Shown here one piece after another: positions 46,735-54,995 of a stretch of DNA of 64,000 nucleotides (positions within the stretch are counted from its first letter, which is position 1; every line of letters begins with the position of its first letter). This stretch comes from Candidatus Omnitrophota bacterium (GTDB lineage: Bacteria > Omnitrophota > Gorgyraeia > Zapsychrales > Fredricksoniimonadaceae): positions 16,872 through 80,871 of the forward strand of contig JADFYI010000005.1 of assembly GCA_015233145.1 (NCBI GenBank), given 5' to 3'. The notes under the pieces were generated by a model. It had not been told where the DNA came from. It worked only from the letters and a program-made list of their open reading frames with translations, and did not search any database. A program made the position numbers and the translations under genes.

Positions 46735-47721
46735 ATGAAAGGGTTTGTTATGCATAAGCCTGAGATGTGCCAGGACGATATTTTCTGGATCCAGTTGATG
46801 GTCACCAATAAATGCAATCTTCGCTGCCGCCTTTGTAATATTTGTCGTGAAAAACCATCGGTAGGTGTTGACCTTAAAAAAGTAAGCCTTGTTTTAAAAG
46901 AGGTATTAAGCCATACGCCCTATATTGGATGTTTTTCATTCACCGGAGGAGAGCCGTTTGCGGATATGCCGAGGGTTCGACGGTTATGGCGTGTTCTTTT
47001 TCCTCTTTTACAGGCTGGGAAAATACAGGTTTTGAATTTTAACACCAATGGCACATTGACACGGGTCATGGAAAAGTTTATTGCCGAAATCCCTGACACG
47101 GGAGTGAAGAGAGTTTCTTTTAATATCAGCCTTGATGGTATGCTCTCCTCCCAGGATATGCTGCGCGGTAAAGGAACATTTGATAAAGTGCTCAAATCGG
47201 TCCGTTTTCTTAAAAAACGCGGGTTTCCTGTGACGCTCAATTTTGTGATAAGCCCTTTTAATGTGGCTGATATTTTTCCTTTGTACCAGTTTGCGGCAAA
47301 ATGGGGCGTTGAGATGGAATATAATGTTTACGCTGAGAATACAAAGTCCTTTTATCATTATTCAAAGCCTCTTCGTGTTTCTCAGAATAAGGAATGGCGC
47401 CTCCTCGCGGCAAAAGAAGTGGAGAGGATTATAGAAGACGGGGCCAGGGGATGCCGTGTCAAACAATTGGAGTATATCCGGGATTCTTTTCGCTTAGGAA
47501 GAATTCCATCAGAATTGACCCGCGCATGCCTTCGCCCGGCGAAATTGATTTTCATTCGCGCTACCGGAGAGATTTTCTCATGTTTTTATGCTTCGCCCAT
47601 TGCTAACCTTAAGGATTTTACGTGGTCATCTTTTTTGTCGGAAAGAGAAAGGCTGGTAACAAATATTCGCAGCCGTGCGTGCAGGGGATGCTTGCTGGGG
47701 TCTCTTAAGTATGTTCAATAA
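46735..47721 (+). CDS. Radical SAM/SPASM-like protein, paralogue of 52765-53763
   Basis: MVTNKCNLRCRLCNICREK, SFTGGEPF, NTNGTLT, ISLDG, LRGKGTFDK. Tail C..(x)..GEIFSCFY...ACRGC. Confidence 0.8.
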   Translation: MKGFVMHKPEMCQDDIFWIQLMVTNKCNLRCRLCNICREKPSVGVDLKKVSLVLKEVLSHTPYIGCFSFTGGEPFADMPRVRRLWRVLFPLLQAGKIQVLNFNTNGTLTRVMEKFIAEIPDTGVKRVSFNISLDGMLSSQDMLRGKGTFDKVLKSVRFLKKRGFPVTLNFVISPFNVADIFPLYQFAAKWGVEMEYNVYAENTKSFYHYSKPLRVSQNKEWRLLAAKEVERIIEDGARGCRVKQLEYIRDSFRLGRIPSELTRACLRPAKLIFIRATGEIFSCFYASPIANLKDFTWSSFLSERERLVTNIRSRACRGCLLGSLKYVQ

Positions 47722-48428
47722 GCCTGGGTTAAAGCCGCCCAGAAGTTGACAGGGATGATTGAGTGCGCGGCGTTTCGGTCTTTAAGTATTTTGTATATCG
47801 GTGGCTGTTCTTTGAGGATTGTTTGCAGTGCCTGTTTGTGATTTTTTTGGCCAGAGGGTGTTGAGAGCCCGTATCGGATAATGGCGGGGGACAGGTAAGG
47901 GCAATGAAATGAAATGCCGTATTGCCCTGCAATTTTTTTGTGATTTTTTAAGGTAGATTTGGCTTTATGTTCCAAGAAAGATCGCAATTGCGCTTTAGGC
48001 AGGCTAAAGATTTCATCGCTGCCTATTCCGCTTAAGACTGATGAGATGCCGATTTTTTTTAATGTTTTGAGAAGATAATTGACAGCCGGAAGGTCTTTAT
48101 CAGCGATGGGTTGCCGGATAATTTTGATTGTGTTTTGAAAATGACGCAAATAATCGCTCTTTCGGATTTTGACTGAAAAAAAACGCAGGCCCAGGAGCGC
48201 GGCTATTTTCTGGCATAGAGTGATGGAGGTGTCGTTGTAGCGCTGGCATTCCGGTGCGTCAATTGCGGCAAAGACCAGAAGCGGCTTTCGGGGAGCCGCC
48301 AGCAGGGCCAGCACTGTTGAGTCGAGCCCGCCGGTGAAAAGAACGGCAGAGCGTCCTTTTTGGCTAGAGCGGTGAATTGATTGTGTAAGAGATTTTTCTA
48401 AATTCATAGGATGAAATTTAAGTTTCAA
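47715..48428 (-). CDS. Stand-alone asparagine-synthetase C-domain / PP-loop ATP-pyrophosphatase
   Basis: AVLFTGGLDSTVLALL (SGGxDS-like) and SGIGSDEIF. No glutaminase domain. Confidence 0.65.
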   Translation of the reverse strand: MKLKFHPMNLEKSLTQSIHRSSQKGRSAVLFTGGLDSTVLALLAAPRKPLLVFAAIDAPECQRYNDTSITLCQKIAALLGLRFFSVKIRKSDYLRHFQNTIKIIRQPIADKDLPAVNYLLKTLKKIGISSVLSGIGSDEIFSLPKAQLRSFLEHKAKSTLKNHKKIAGQYGISFHCPYLSPAIIRYGLSTPSGQKNHKQALQTILKEQPPIYKILKDRNAAHSIIPVNFWAALTQAY

Positions 48429-48480
48429 AACAGTTTAGCATTGATCATAGGTCTTGGGAAATATTAAGAGGTGGCTTTTT

Positions 48481-49548
48481 ATGGCGCGCGGGTCTTTTGA
48501 GTTTATAAATTCTTTTCCATTGGATCATGTGTGGGTCTTTCTGACAGACCGCTGCAATCTGAAGTGCGGGTATTGTTTTTTCAAAAACAAGACAAACCGC
48601 ACAACAATTCATGAGACGGCCCTTAAGGCGCTTTTTTCTTTCTTGCCTCAAAACAAGCGTTGGCAGTTTATTCTTTCCGGAGGAGAGCCTCTTTTGGAAT
48701 GGGAAAAAACAAAAGGGGTAATTGTGAAGATTCAAAAGAAGTACCCCGGGAATTATCTTTCCGTCCAATCCAATGCTGTGCTTTTAGATGACAGGAAAAC
48801 TTTGTTTTTAAAGGCTCGCCATGTGAACCTGGAAGTAGGTATTGACGGGGATGAGGCCACAACAATTGCCAACCGCCAGGGGATCAGCGCAAAAAGTTAC
48901 CAGGGCATCAGCCGCGGGGTTATGCGGTTAAATAAAATGGGATCGTCTTCCTCAACGACCATGACCGTGTATCCCTGTAATGTGGATGAGCTTTTTGTAA
49001 ACTTGAAACATTTGGATTCTTTAGGAGCCAAACGCATTGAGATCCATCCCGCGTTTTTAGAGCCGTGGGAACGCGCTTCAGCCAGTGTTTTTTTACGTGA
49101 ATACCGCAAGGCTTCTGCGTATGAATTGCGTTTCCGGAAAAAGGGGCTTATTGGCCGGGAGTATAGTTTGCCCAGCAAGGGTGTTTGGGATATGGTGATT
49201 ATGCCTGACGGCAAGGTGCTTCCCAATTGGACATTTTTGTCGTTCCCAAAAAAGGTCCAGGAGAAATTTTATGTGATGGACCTCTCGAGTGGAATCGCAA
49301 AAACACTTCCGGCGGCAAAGAAGTATTTTGATTCATTAAAAAAGTTTCTGGGCAGGTCGAAAAACGGGGTTTCTTATCGCTGTTTGAGTAATTTTAATGC
49401 GTCTTTGGCGCTGCAATGCTTGGGAAATAAAACCTTCACAAGAAGTTTTGGCGTCTATGACCGTCTTTGCCAGGACGTTGAAGGGTTTGATTTGGAAATT
49501 TTGACCAGGGGGGCAGGATGCAACAAGTCCGTTATGAATGCGCGTTAG
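48481..49548 (+). CDS. Radical SAM protein (AslB/anSME-like), paralogue of 42360-43385
   Basis: VFLTDRCNLKCGYCFF, LSGGEPLLEWE, SVQSNA, LEVGIDGDEATT. AAGAGGTGG RBS precedes ATG 48481; the track start is TTG 48454. Confidence 0.8.
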   Translation: MARGSFEFINSFPLDHVWVFLTDRCNLKCGYCFFKNKTNRTTIHETALKALFSFLPQNKRWQFILSGGEPLLEWEKTKGVIVKIQKKYPGNYLSVQSNAVLLDDRKTLFLKARHVNLEVGIDGDEATTIANRQGISAKSYQGISRGVMRLNKMGSSSSTTMTVYPCNVDELFVNLKHLDSLGAKRIEIHPAFLEPWERASASVFLREYRKASAYELRFRKKGLIGREYSLPSKGVWDMVIMPDGKVLPNWTFLSFPKKVQEKFYVMDLSSGIAKTLPAAKKYFDSLKKFLGRSKNGVSYRCLSNFNASLALQCLGNKTFTRSFGVYDRLCQDVEGFDLEILTRGAGCNKSVMNAR

Positions 49549-50648
49549 TTGAGCAGGTATTGGCCAAAGAGTATGCCGCAACGATGGAAGATTATTTAAA
49601 ACGTATGCGCGGGTTAAATGATATTAAACCCTTCATTGGGGAGTTTGAGAAGGATTTTGCGAATTACATCGGCGTCAGGCATGCCATTGCGGTTAATTCC
49701 GGCAGTGATGCTCTGCAGATGATTTTAAAAGCGCTGGGTATCAAAAAAGGTGATGAAGTGATTATCCCGGATTTGACGTATCAGGCCGTGGCGCTGGCCG
49801 TGGTTTACTGCGGCGCCCGTCCAGTGCTTGTGGATGTCAGGAAAACTGACCTTACCATGGATGTTGCGGCAGTGAAGCGGGTTTTGACAAAGAAAACAAA
49901 AGCCATTGTTGCGGCGCATATGTTTGGCCGGGCGTGCGACCTGGTTGAATTGCAATCCCTTTGCCGCAGGCAGGGGATAAAGCTTGTTGAAGATGTTTGT
50001 CAGGCCGAGAGTTCCTGCCTTAATGGCAAAATGCTGGGCAGTTTTGGTGATTTTTCAGCATTTTCCTTTTCTTATTACAAGCCTTTGTCATCCTGCGGCG
50101 GTGGCGGCGGCATGATTTTATTTAATGATTCAAAATATGCCTGTATGGCGGGGTGGATGGATAACTGGCGTGATGATCCCGAGCTTTTGACAGTTGGGCA
50201 AAGGTTTTCTCCGCTTTATTTCATGGACCTGGTGGCATTGCGGGTTAAATTTAAGCATTTGGCTAAGATTATTGAGTCCAGAAAGAGGATCAAGGCGCTC
50301 TACGAGCAGGAATTGATGAAAGTTCCAGGCTTGAGGATTTTTCAGGACCGCGCAGGAACAGATTCGGTTCCGCAGAATTTTGTGGTGTTGTGCGATGCCA
50401 GGGATAATTTTTTTAAATTTCTTTCCGTCCATGGCATTATGGCCCAAAAGCCCTATATTCCGCTTCATGCCATGGACGCGTATCAGCGTTTTTCCAAAGG
50501 AAGGTTTTTGGTCAGCCGTGAGTATTTGGCAACAGCATTGCATTTGCCTCTCTATTCTTTTATGGGAGAAGATAAGGCGCGGCATGTCATTGATATCTGC
50601 CGAAAATTCTTTTTAAAGCAGCGTGTTGTTATGTCTTTAAAACGTTAA
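49518..50648 (+). CDS. DegT/DnrJ/EryC1/StrS-family PLP aminotransferase
   Basis: AIAVNSGSDALQMILKALGIKKGDEVIIPDLTY and SFSYYKPLSSCGGGG (PLP-Lys context). Confidence 0.75.
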   Translation: MQQVRYECALVEQVLAKEYAATMEDYLKRMRGLNDIKPFIGEFEKDFANYIGVRHAIAVNSGSDALQMILKALGIKKGDEVIIPDLTYQAVALAVVYCGARPVLVDVRKTDLTMDVAAVKRVLTKKTKAIVAAHMFGRACDLVELQSLCRRQGIKLVEDVCQAESSCLNGKMLGSFGDFSAFSFSYYKPLSSCGGGGGMILFNDSKYACMAGWMDNWRDDPELLTVGQRFSPLYFMDLVALRVKFKHLAKIIESRKRIKALYEQELMKVPGLRIFQDRAGTDSVPQNFVVLCDARDNFFKFLSVHGIMAQKPYIPLHAMDAYQRFSKGRFLVSREYLATALHLPLYSFMGEDKARHVIDICRKFFLKQRVVMSLKR

Positions 50649-50667
50649 GAGGCACGGGGAGTATTTC

Positions 50668-51795
50668 TTGGAGAAAATATCCGCTAAAGATTGTCTTCGT
50701 CTGAAAGGGATTTTGGCCGGCAAGCCGCTTATTGGCCCGCGCGTCGTCAACATCCACCTGACCAACGTGTGCAATGTCCGCTGTTGTTTTTGCTGGTATC
50801 ATTCGCCGCTTGTGACCTGGAATAAGAAGCGGGAGGACCTTGATTTTCCGACTTTCAGAAAAGTGGTTGATGACTGCGCTTCAATGGGTGTTGACGCTTT
50901 GAGCCTGGAAGGGGGCGAAGTCGTGCGCTACCCGCATGCTGCGGAAGCTTTTCATTATGTCAAGAGCAAGGGGCTGGGGATATTTGCCTACACTAACCTT
51001 GCTTATGGACGAGAGCATTTGAAATACATTGCGAAAGCAGATCGTCTTTATATCAATCTTTCTGCGAGCGATGAGAAAATGTATCAAAAAATACACGGGA
51101 TGCCTTTCTTTAAGCAGGTTGAGGAGAATTTAAAGATTTTACGGGAGATGAGAAAACAAAGAGGCCATCCGTCGTTACAGATGACATTTATTATTAATAA
51201 ATTAAATTATCACGCCGTGAAGGAATATTTGGATTGGATGAACAGGCTTCAAGTGGATAATGTTTCTTTCAGGATTTTTGAGGCTACGGTTGAAATGAAA
51301 AGCCTTATTCTCAAGAAGGGCTCGTCAGATAAGCTTTTAAAGGTCATCGATCGCGTATCGCGTCTTAAATGCCGCGTAAAACATAATCTTTTTGAGATAC
51401 GGGAAGTTTTAACTAATGGAGAGTTTTTAAAGAATCCCTTTTCCATCGAGCGGGGCAGGTGGAACAGCGACAGGCTTTTTTATTACAACAATTTGCATGG
51501 TGATGTGACGAGCTGTTATACGGGATGGTTTTATTCTTTGATTGATGAGAAAGGACGTGTGATTGCCCCGTGTGACAATATCGGGATTTGTGTCGCGGGC
51601 AATATTTATGACCGGTCGTTTAAGGATATTTGGTTTCATTCCCAAAAGTTTAAAGACATCCGCCGCGAGACGCTTCATTCTATTGATATTACAAAGAAGC
51701 GCTGGGCCGAGTGCCGTTATTGCGGGCATGCTGTTTTTAACCGGGAAATAGGCGAGGTGTTAAAGGGGATTAAAGCAGGCGGTCAAAAGGCATGA
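50668..51795 (+). CDS. Radical SAM protein, tandem paralogue 1
   Basis: NIHLTNVCNVRCCFCWYHSP, KADRLYINLSA, IHGMPFF. C-terminal CDN...C...CRYCGH. TTG start. Confidence 0.8.
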   Translation: MEKISAKDCLRLKGILAGKPLIGPRVVNIHLTNVCNVRCCFCWYHSPLVTWNKKREDLDFPTFRKVVDDCASMGVDALSLEGGEVVRYPHAAEAFHYVKSKGLGIFAYTNLAYGREHLKYIAKADRLYINLSASDEKMYQKIHGMPFFKQVEENLKILREMRKQRGHPSLQMTFIINKLNYHAVKEYLDWMNRLQVDNVSFRIFEATVEMKSLILKKGSSDKLLKVIDRVSRLKCRVKHNLFEIREVLTNGEFLKNPFSIERGRWNSDRLFYYNNLHGDVTSCYTGWFYSLIDEKGRVIAPCDNIGICVAGNIYDRSFKDIWFHSQKFKDIRRETLHSIDITKKRWAECRYCGHAVFNREIGEVLKGIKAGGQKA

Positions 51796-52772
51796 TGACT
51801 CATGACATTCAAAAACGTCAAAGGTTTTTGCTGCGCATGGCCGGAGCGAGGGATGAAAAGGTCTACATCGGCCCGGAAATAGTCCATCTGCACATTAATA
51901 ATTATTGCAACATCCGTTGCCAATATTGCTGGTACCATGCGCCGGACAATCCTACCAGCCGCCATCCGCTGGGCGTTATTTCTTTCAAGAAAATCAAGGA
52001 AATTGTGCGGGACTGCGTTGATTTAAAGGTCGATTGCCTTTATTTATCCGGAGATGGAGATCCTGTTTTCCATCCGCGTTTTTCTGACATCATGGCGTTA
52101 CTGGATAAAACGCCACTTTCGGTGACTTTATTCACCAATGGGGCATTCCCCTTGAAGTATTGCCGCGATGTCAAAAAAGCAGACCGGGTGATTATTAATC
52201 TGGCGGCGGTTGACCGGCAGAGTTACCAGCTTTTACACGGCAAGGATTTTTTTGACCGGGTGATAAAAAATATTCAAAATCTGGTTTTGCTGCGGGAAAT
52301 CCAAAAACCTTCCTTAAAGATTGAAATTGTTTTTGTCATGAACACCCTGAATGCCCATTTGAAGGGCAAGATGCAGGCCTTGGCAAAGCGCTTGAGAGTT
52401 GATAACCTTGCCATAACCCCGATGCAGCCGCACGACTATAATCAGGATTTGATTTTAGACAAGAAGCAAAAAACGGAGAAATCCCCGGAGGCGGCAGCGC
52501 GCCGCCTGCCATGTTTTCAGGGGTGGTTTTATGTGACTCAAAATTTTGACGGCAGGGTCAGTGTGTGCCGCAGGGTTTATGAAATGGAAATCGCGAACAT
52601 TAAAAAAGTTTCTTTTCGTGAAGCGTGGCTTTCCAAGAAGTTTATGGTAATGCGGCTGGCCGGAAAGCGGGGGTTGTTGCCTGAAAAGTATGATTCCTGC
52701 CGCTATTGCCAGCCCTCCCAGCGCGATATCGAAATTGCAAAAAAGATGTTTGCAAGAAGGAAATATGAATAA
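51792..52772 (+). CDS. Radical SAM protein, tandem paralogue 2
   Basis: HLHINNYCNIRCQYCWYHAP, KADRVIINLAA, LHGKDFF. C-terminal CRRV...CRYCQP. ATGA overlap with paralogue 1. Confidence 0.8.
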   Translation: MMTHDIQKRQRFLLRMAGARDEKVYIGPEIVHLHINNYCNIRCQYCWYHAPDNPTSRHPLGVISFKKIKEIVRDCVDLKVDCLYLSGDGDPVFHPRFSDIMALLDKTPLSVTLFTNGAFPLKYCRDVKKADRVIINLAAVDRQSYQLLHGKDFFDRVIKNIQNLVLLREIQKPSLKIEIVFVMNTLNAHLKGKMQALAKRLRVDNLAITPMQPHDYNQDLILDKKQKTEKSPEAAARRLPCFQGWFYVTQNFDGRVSVCRRVYEMEIANIKKVSFREAWLSKKFMVMRLAGKRGLLPEKYDSCRYCQPSQRDIEIAKKMFARRKYE

Positions 52773-53763
52773 GCCATGCCTTGATGATGTGACCATTGAA
52801 ATCACCAATCACTGCAATTTGCGCTGTACGATCTGCGGCATTGGGCGCGAAAAGCGCCTTTATGAGATATCAGAAAAAGACTTTGCCGCGGCCTTAAATA
52901 AAATTTTAGGGCATTTTAAGATCAGGTCTGTGTCTGTTACCGGTGGGGAGCCGTTTTTGCATCGCGGTATCAGGCAGATCCTCAGGGACTTGGCATTGTT
53001 AAGATTGGAAGGCCGTATTTCCTCTTTTGGTGTGTATACCAATGGCACTCTTACTTCTGTGATGACGCGTTTACTAAAAGAAGATCCCAGGCTTTTTCGC
53101 AGGATGAGTGTTGGTATCAGTATTGACGGCCGTGAGAAGACGCATGACCTCCGCAGGGGGCGCGGGGCTTATCATAAATCCATGAAGACGGTTGAAATTC
53201 TTTCAACCCGGTTTAAGGGCATTGTTGATGTGGAACTTAAATTCACAGCAGATGCGGATAATTATAAAGAGCTAATTGATGTTTACAAAATGGCTGTTTT
53301 TTATGGCGTGAGATTTTCTCCCAAGCTTGCGGAAACCGGCGTGAAAGCCTATTACCACCGGGTTTCGGCTGGTAAAAAGCAGGTTCACACAGGATTGAGT
53401 AGAAATTTTTCAGAAACGCTCAAGCGGCAAATATTAATGATGATCAAGGAAGAATCTTTCTCGTCGAGAAAGACTGCGGATGTCGCCATGTTGAGGATGC
53501 TCTTGCGGCTTATTTCTTCAGGGAAAAAAGCTATCCACGCGTGCCGTACACCGGAGCGCTGTCTTTTTATAACATCAAGGGGAGATGTTTATCCGTGCCT
53601 TTATATGACCCCTTGCGCAAAAATCATTGACCCCATGTTTTCTTTCAAGGAATTCCTTTCCCAGCGTCGTGCCTCTATCGCACATGCACGCCAGGCGGAT
53701 TGTCCCCGTTGTTTTGCCTACCATGGTTTTTTAAAAGATTTTAATTCCCGTTTTCTTGCGTAA
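52765..53763 (+). CDS. Radical SAM/SPASM-like protein, paralogue of 46735-47721
   Basis: EITNHCNLRCTICGIGREK, SVTGGEPF, YTNGTLT, ISIDG, RRGRGAYHK. Tail CRTPERC...GDVYPCLY...CPRC. Start moved from 52690 (ATGAATAA overlap). Confidence 0.8.
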   Translation: MNKPCLDDVTIEITNHCNLRCTICGIGREKRLYEISEKDFAAALNKILGHFKIRSVSVTGGEPFLHRGIRQILRDLALLRLEGRISSFGVYTNGTLTSVMTRLLKEDPRLFRRMSVGISIDGREKTHDLRRGRGAYHKSMKTVEILSTRFKGIVDVELKFTADADNYKELIDVYKMAVFYGVRFSPKLAETGVKAYYHRVSAGKKQVHTGLSRNFSETLKRQILMMIKEESFSSRKTADVAMLRMLLRLISSGKKAIHACRTPERCLFITSRGDVYPCLYMTPCAKIIDPMFSFKEFLSQRRASIAHARQADCPRCFAYHGFLKDFNSRFLA

Positions 53764-54967
53764 GAAGTTTGGCCGTGGCAGCGCTTCCATGAAGCCAGGA
53801 TGGGGGGACTCGTTTTTTCTTTTGAGGAGTTTCGCACTTTTGGTGAATGGCTTTGGCGAGCATGGCCGGAGTCATGGTGTGATAGGGCAAGACCGTGCTT
53901 TTCAGATAATCTTTAAGAAGGCCTGCGCGGGCGATCTGGTCGTTGGCCGGACCTTTGGAACGTTCGTTCATATAGGGAATGATAATGCTCTGGGTGTTAA
54001 AAGAAAGCAGTTGAACTGATGTGTTATAACCGCACATGCTGACAGAGGCGTCACAGTTTTCTAAAAAATAGGACAATGCAGGGATATGCTCAAAGAAAGA
54101 AATGTTTTTTGACCTGGATTTTTCCAGGAATGCTTTAAAAAGAGAGCGTTCCTCATGACTTGTGGAGGGGCCGCTCGCGATAATAAAACGGTAACGTTCT
54201 CCCAAAAGCGATTGGGCGCGGATGGCATTGACAATAATTTTAGGGTAGACCGCTCCTCCTCCGCGGCTGACCACAACTGTCAACATTCCCGGTTTTTTTT
54301 TGAGGAGTGCGTGGATTCTTGGTTCTGGCGATTGTGCTACCGGCGGGATATAGCCTGTATAAATTATCTTGCGGGCCATGGTATGGAAAAATTGGTCATA
54401 ATGTTTTTGGAGCTCTTTGGAGTCCAGTGAGGCCCTCAGATAGGGGTTTTCAAGATTTTTGGGGGTATGGATAAGAATTTTATCGTAGAGGCCGACGATA
54501 GAGTAAAAAATGTCTGAAAATTTTTTATTTTTCAGATCAGGCAGGCTCGTGAGGTAAGGATATCCCACGCTGGCGTAGATACGGGTTTTAAGGCGGCGCA
54601 GGTATCGCAATGCCGGCAAAAGTTCCGGAAGATACTCCATCCGTCCGAGCGGAAAAAACTCTGTGACAAAAATACCTGGCTGGATGCGCTTTGCAGCTTC
54701 CAGAATAAATTGGGAACGTTGAGCCAGGTTTTTTTGAGCATGAATGCCCTGGAAGCTTGAGCGTGAATCAAAAGGAGCCGGGACGTTTAACACATGAATA
54801 GAGCTGGGGAAGCGGACAAAGGGTTGCGGGATCCCGCCTTGAAGCACGTAAATTTTTCTTTGGGGACAGTTTTTGGCCAGCTCATGGCAAATAGAGAGGA
54901 TGCGGGTGGTGTGGCCAAGCGTTTCTTTATGGGTGTAGTGAATGAGGATGGAGGTGTTTTTAGACAT
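53741..54967 (-). CDS. Predicted glycosyltransferase (COG4671 / GT28-MurG-like fold)
   Basis: N-terminal ILIHYTHKETLGHTTRILSICHEL and C-terminal MCGYNTSVQLL pattern. Immediately downstream of the pilin-like gene. Confidence 0.5.
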   Translation of the reverse strand: MSKNTSILIHYTHKETLGHTTRILSICHELAKNCPQRKIYVLQGGIPQPFVRFPSSIHVLNVPAPFDSRSSFQGIHAQKNLAQRSQFILEAAKRIQPGIFVTEFFPLGRMEYLPELLPALRYLRRLKTRIYASVGYPYLTSLPDLKNKKFSDIFYSIVGLYDKILIHTPKNLENPYLRASLDSKELQKHYDQFFHTMARKIIYTGYIPPVAQSPEPRIHALLKKKPGMLTVVVSRGGGAVYPKIIVNAIRAQSLLGERYRFIIASGPSTSHEERSLFKAFLEKSRSKNISFFEHIPALSYFLENCDASVSMCGYNTSVQLLSFNTQSIIIPYMNERSKGPANDQIARAGLLKDYLKSTVLPYHTMTPAMLAKAIHQKCETPQKKKRVPPSWLHGSAATAKLLTQENGN

Positions 54968-54995
54968 TCAATAGCTGAAAAGAAAAGACCAATTA

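Noticed and set aside
52690-52764. Upstream extension of the last rSAM ORF
   Set aside because: It would overlap the preceding rSAM by 83 nt. ATG 52765 gives the same distance from the start to the CxxxCxxC motif as in its paralogue at 46735.
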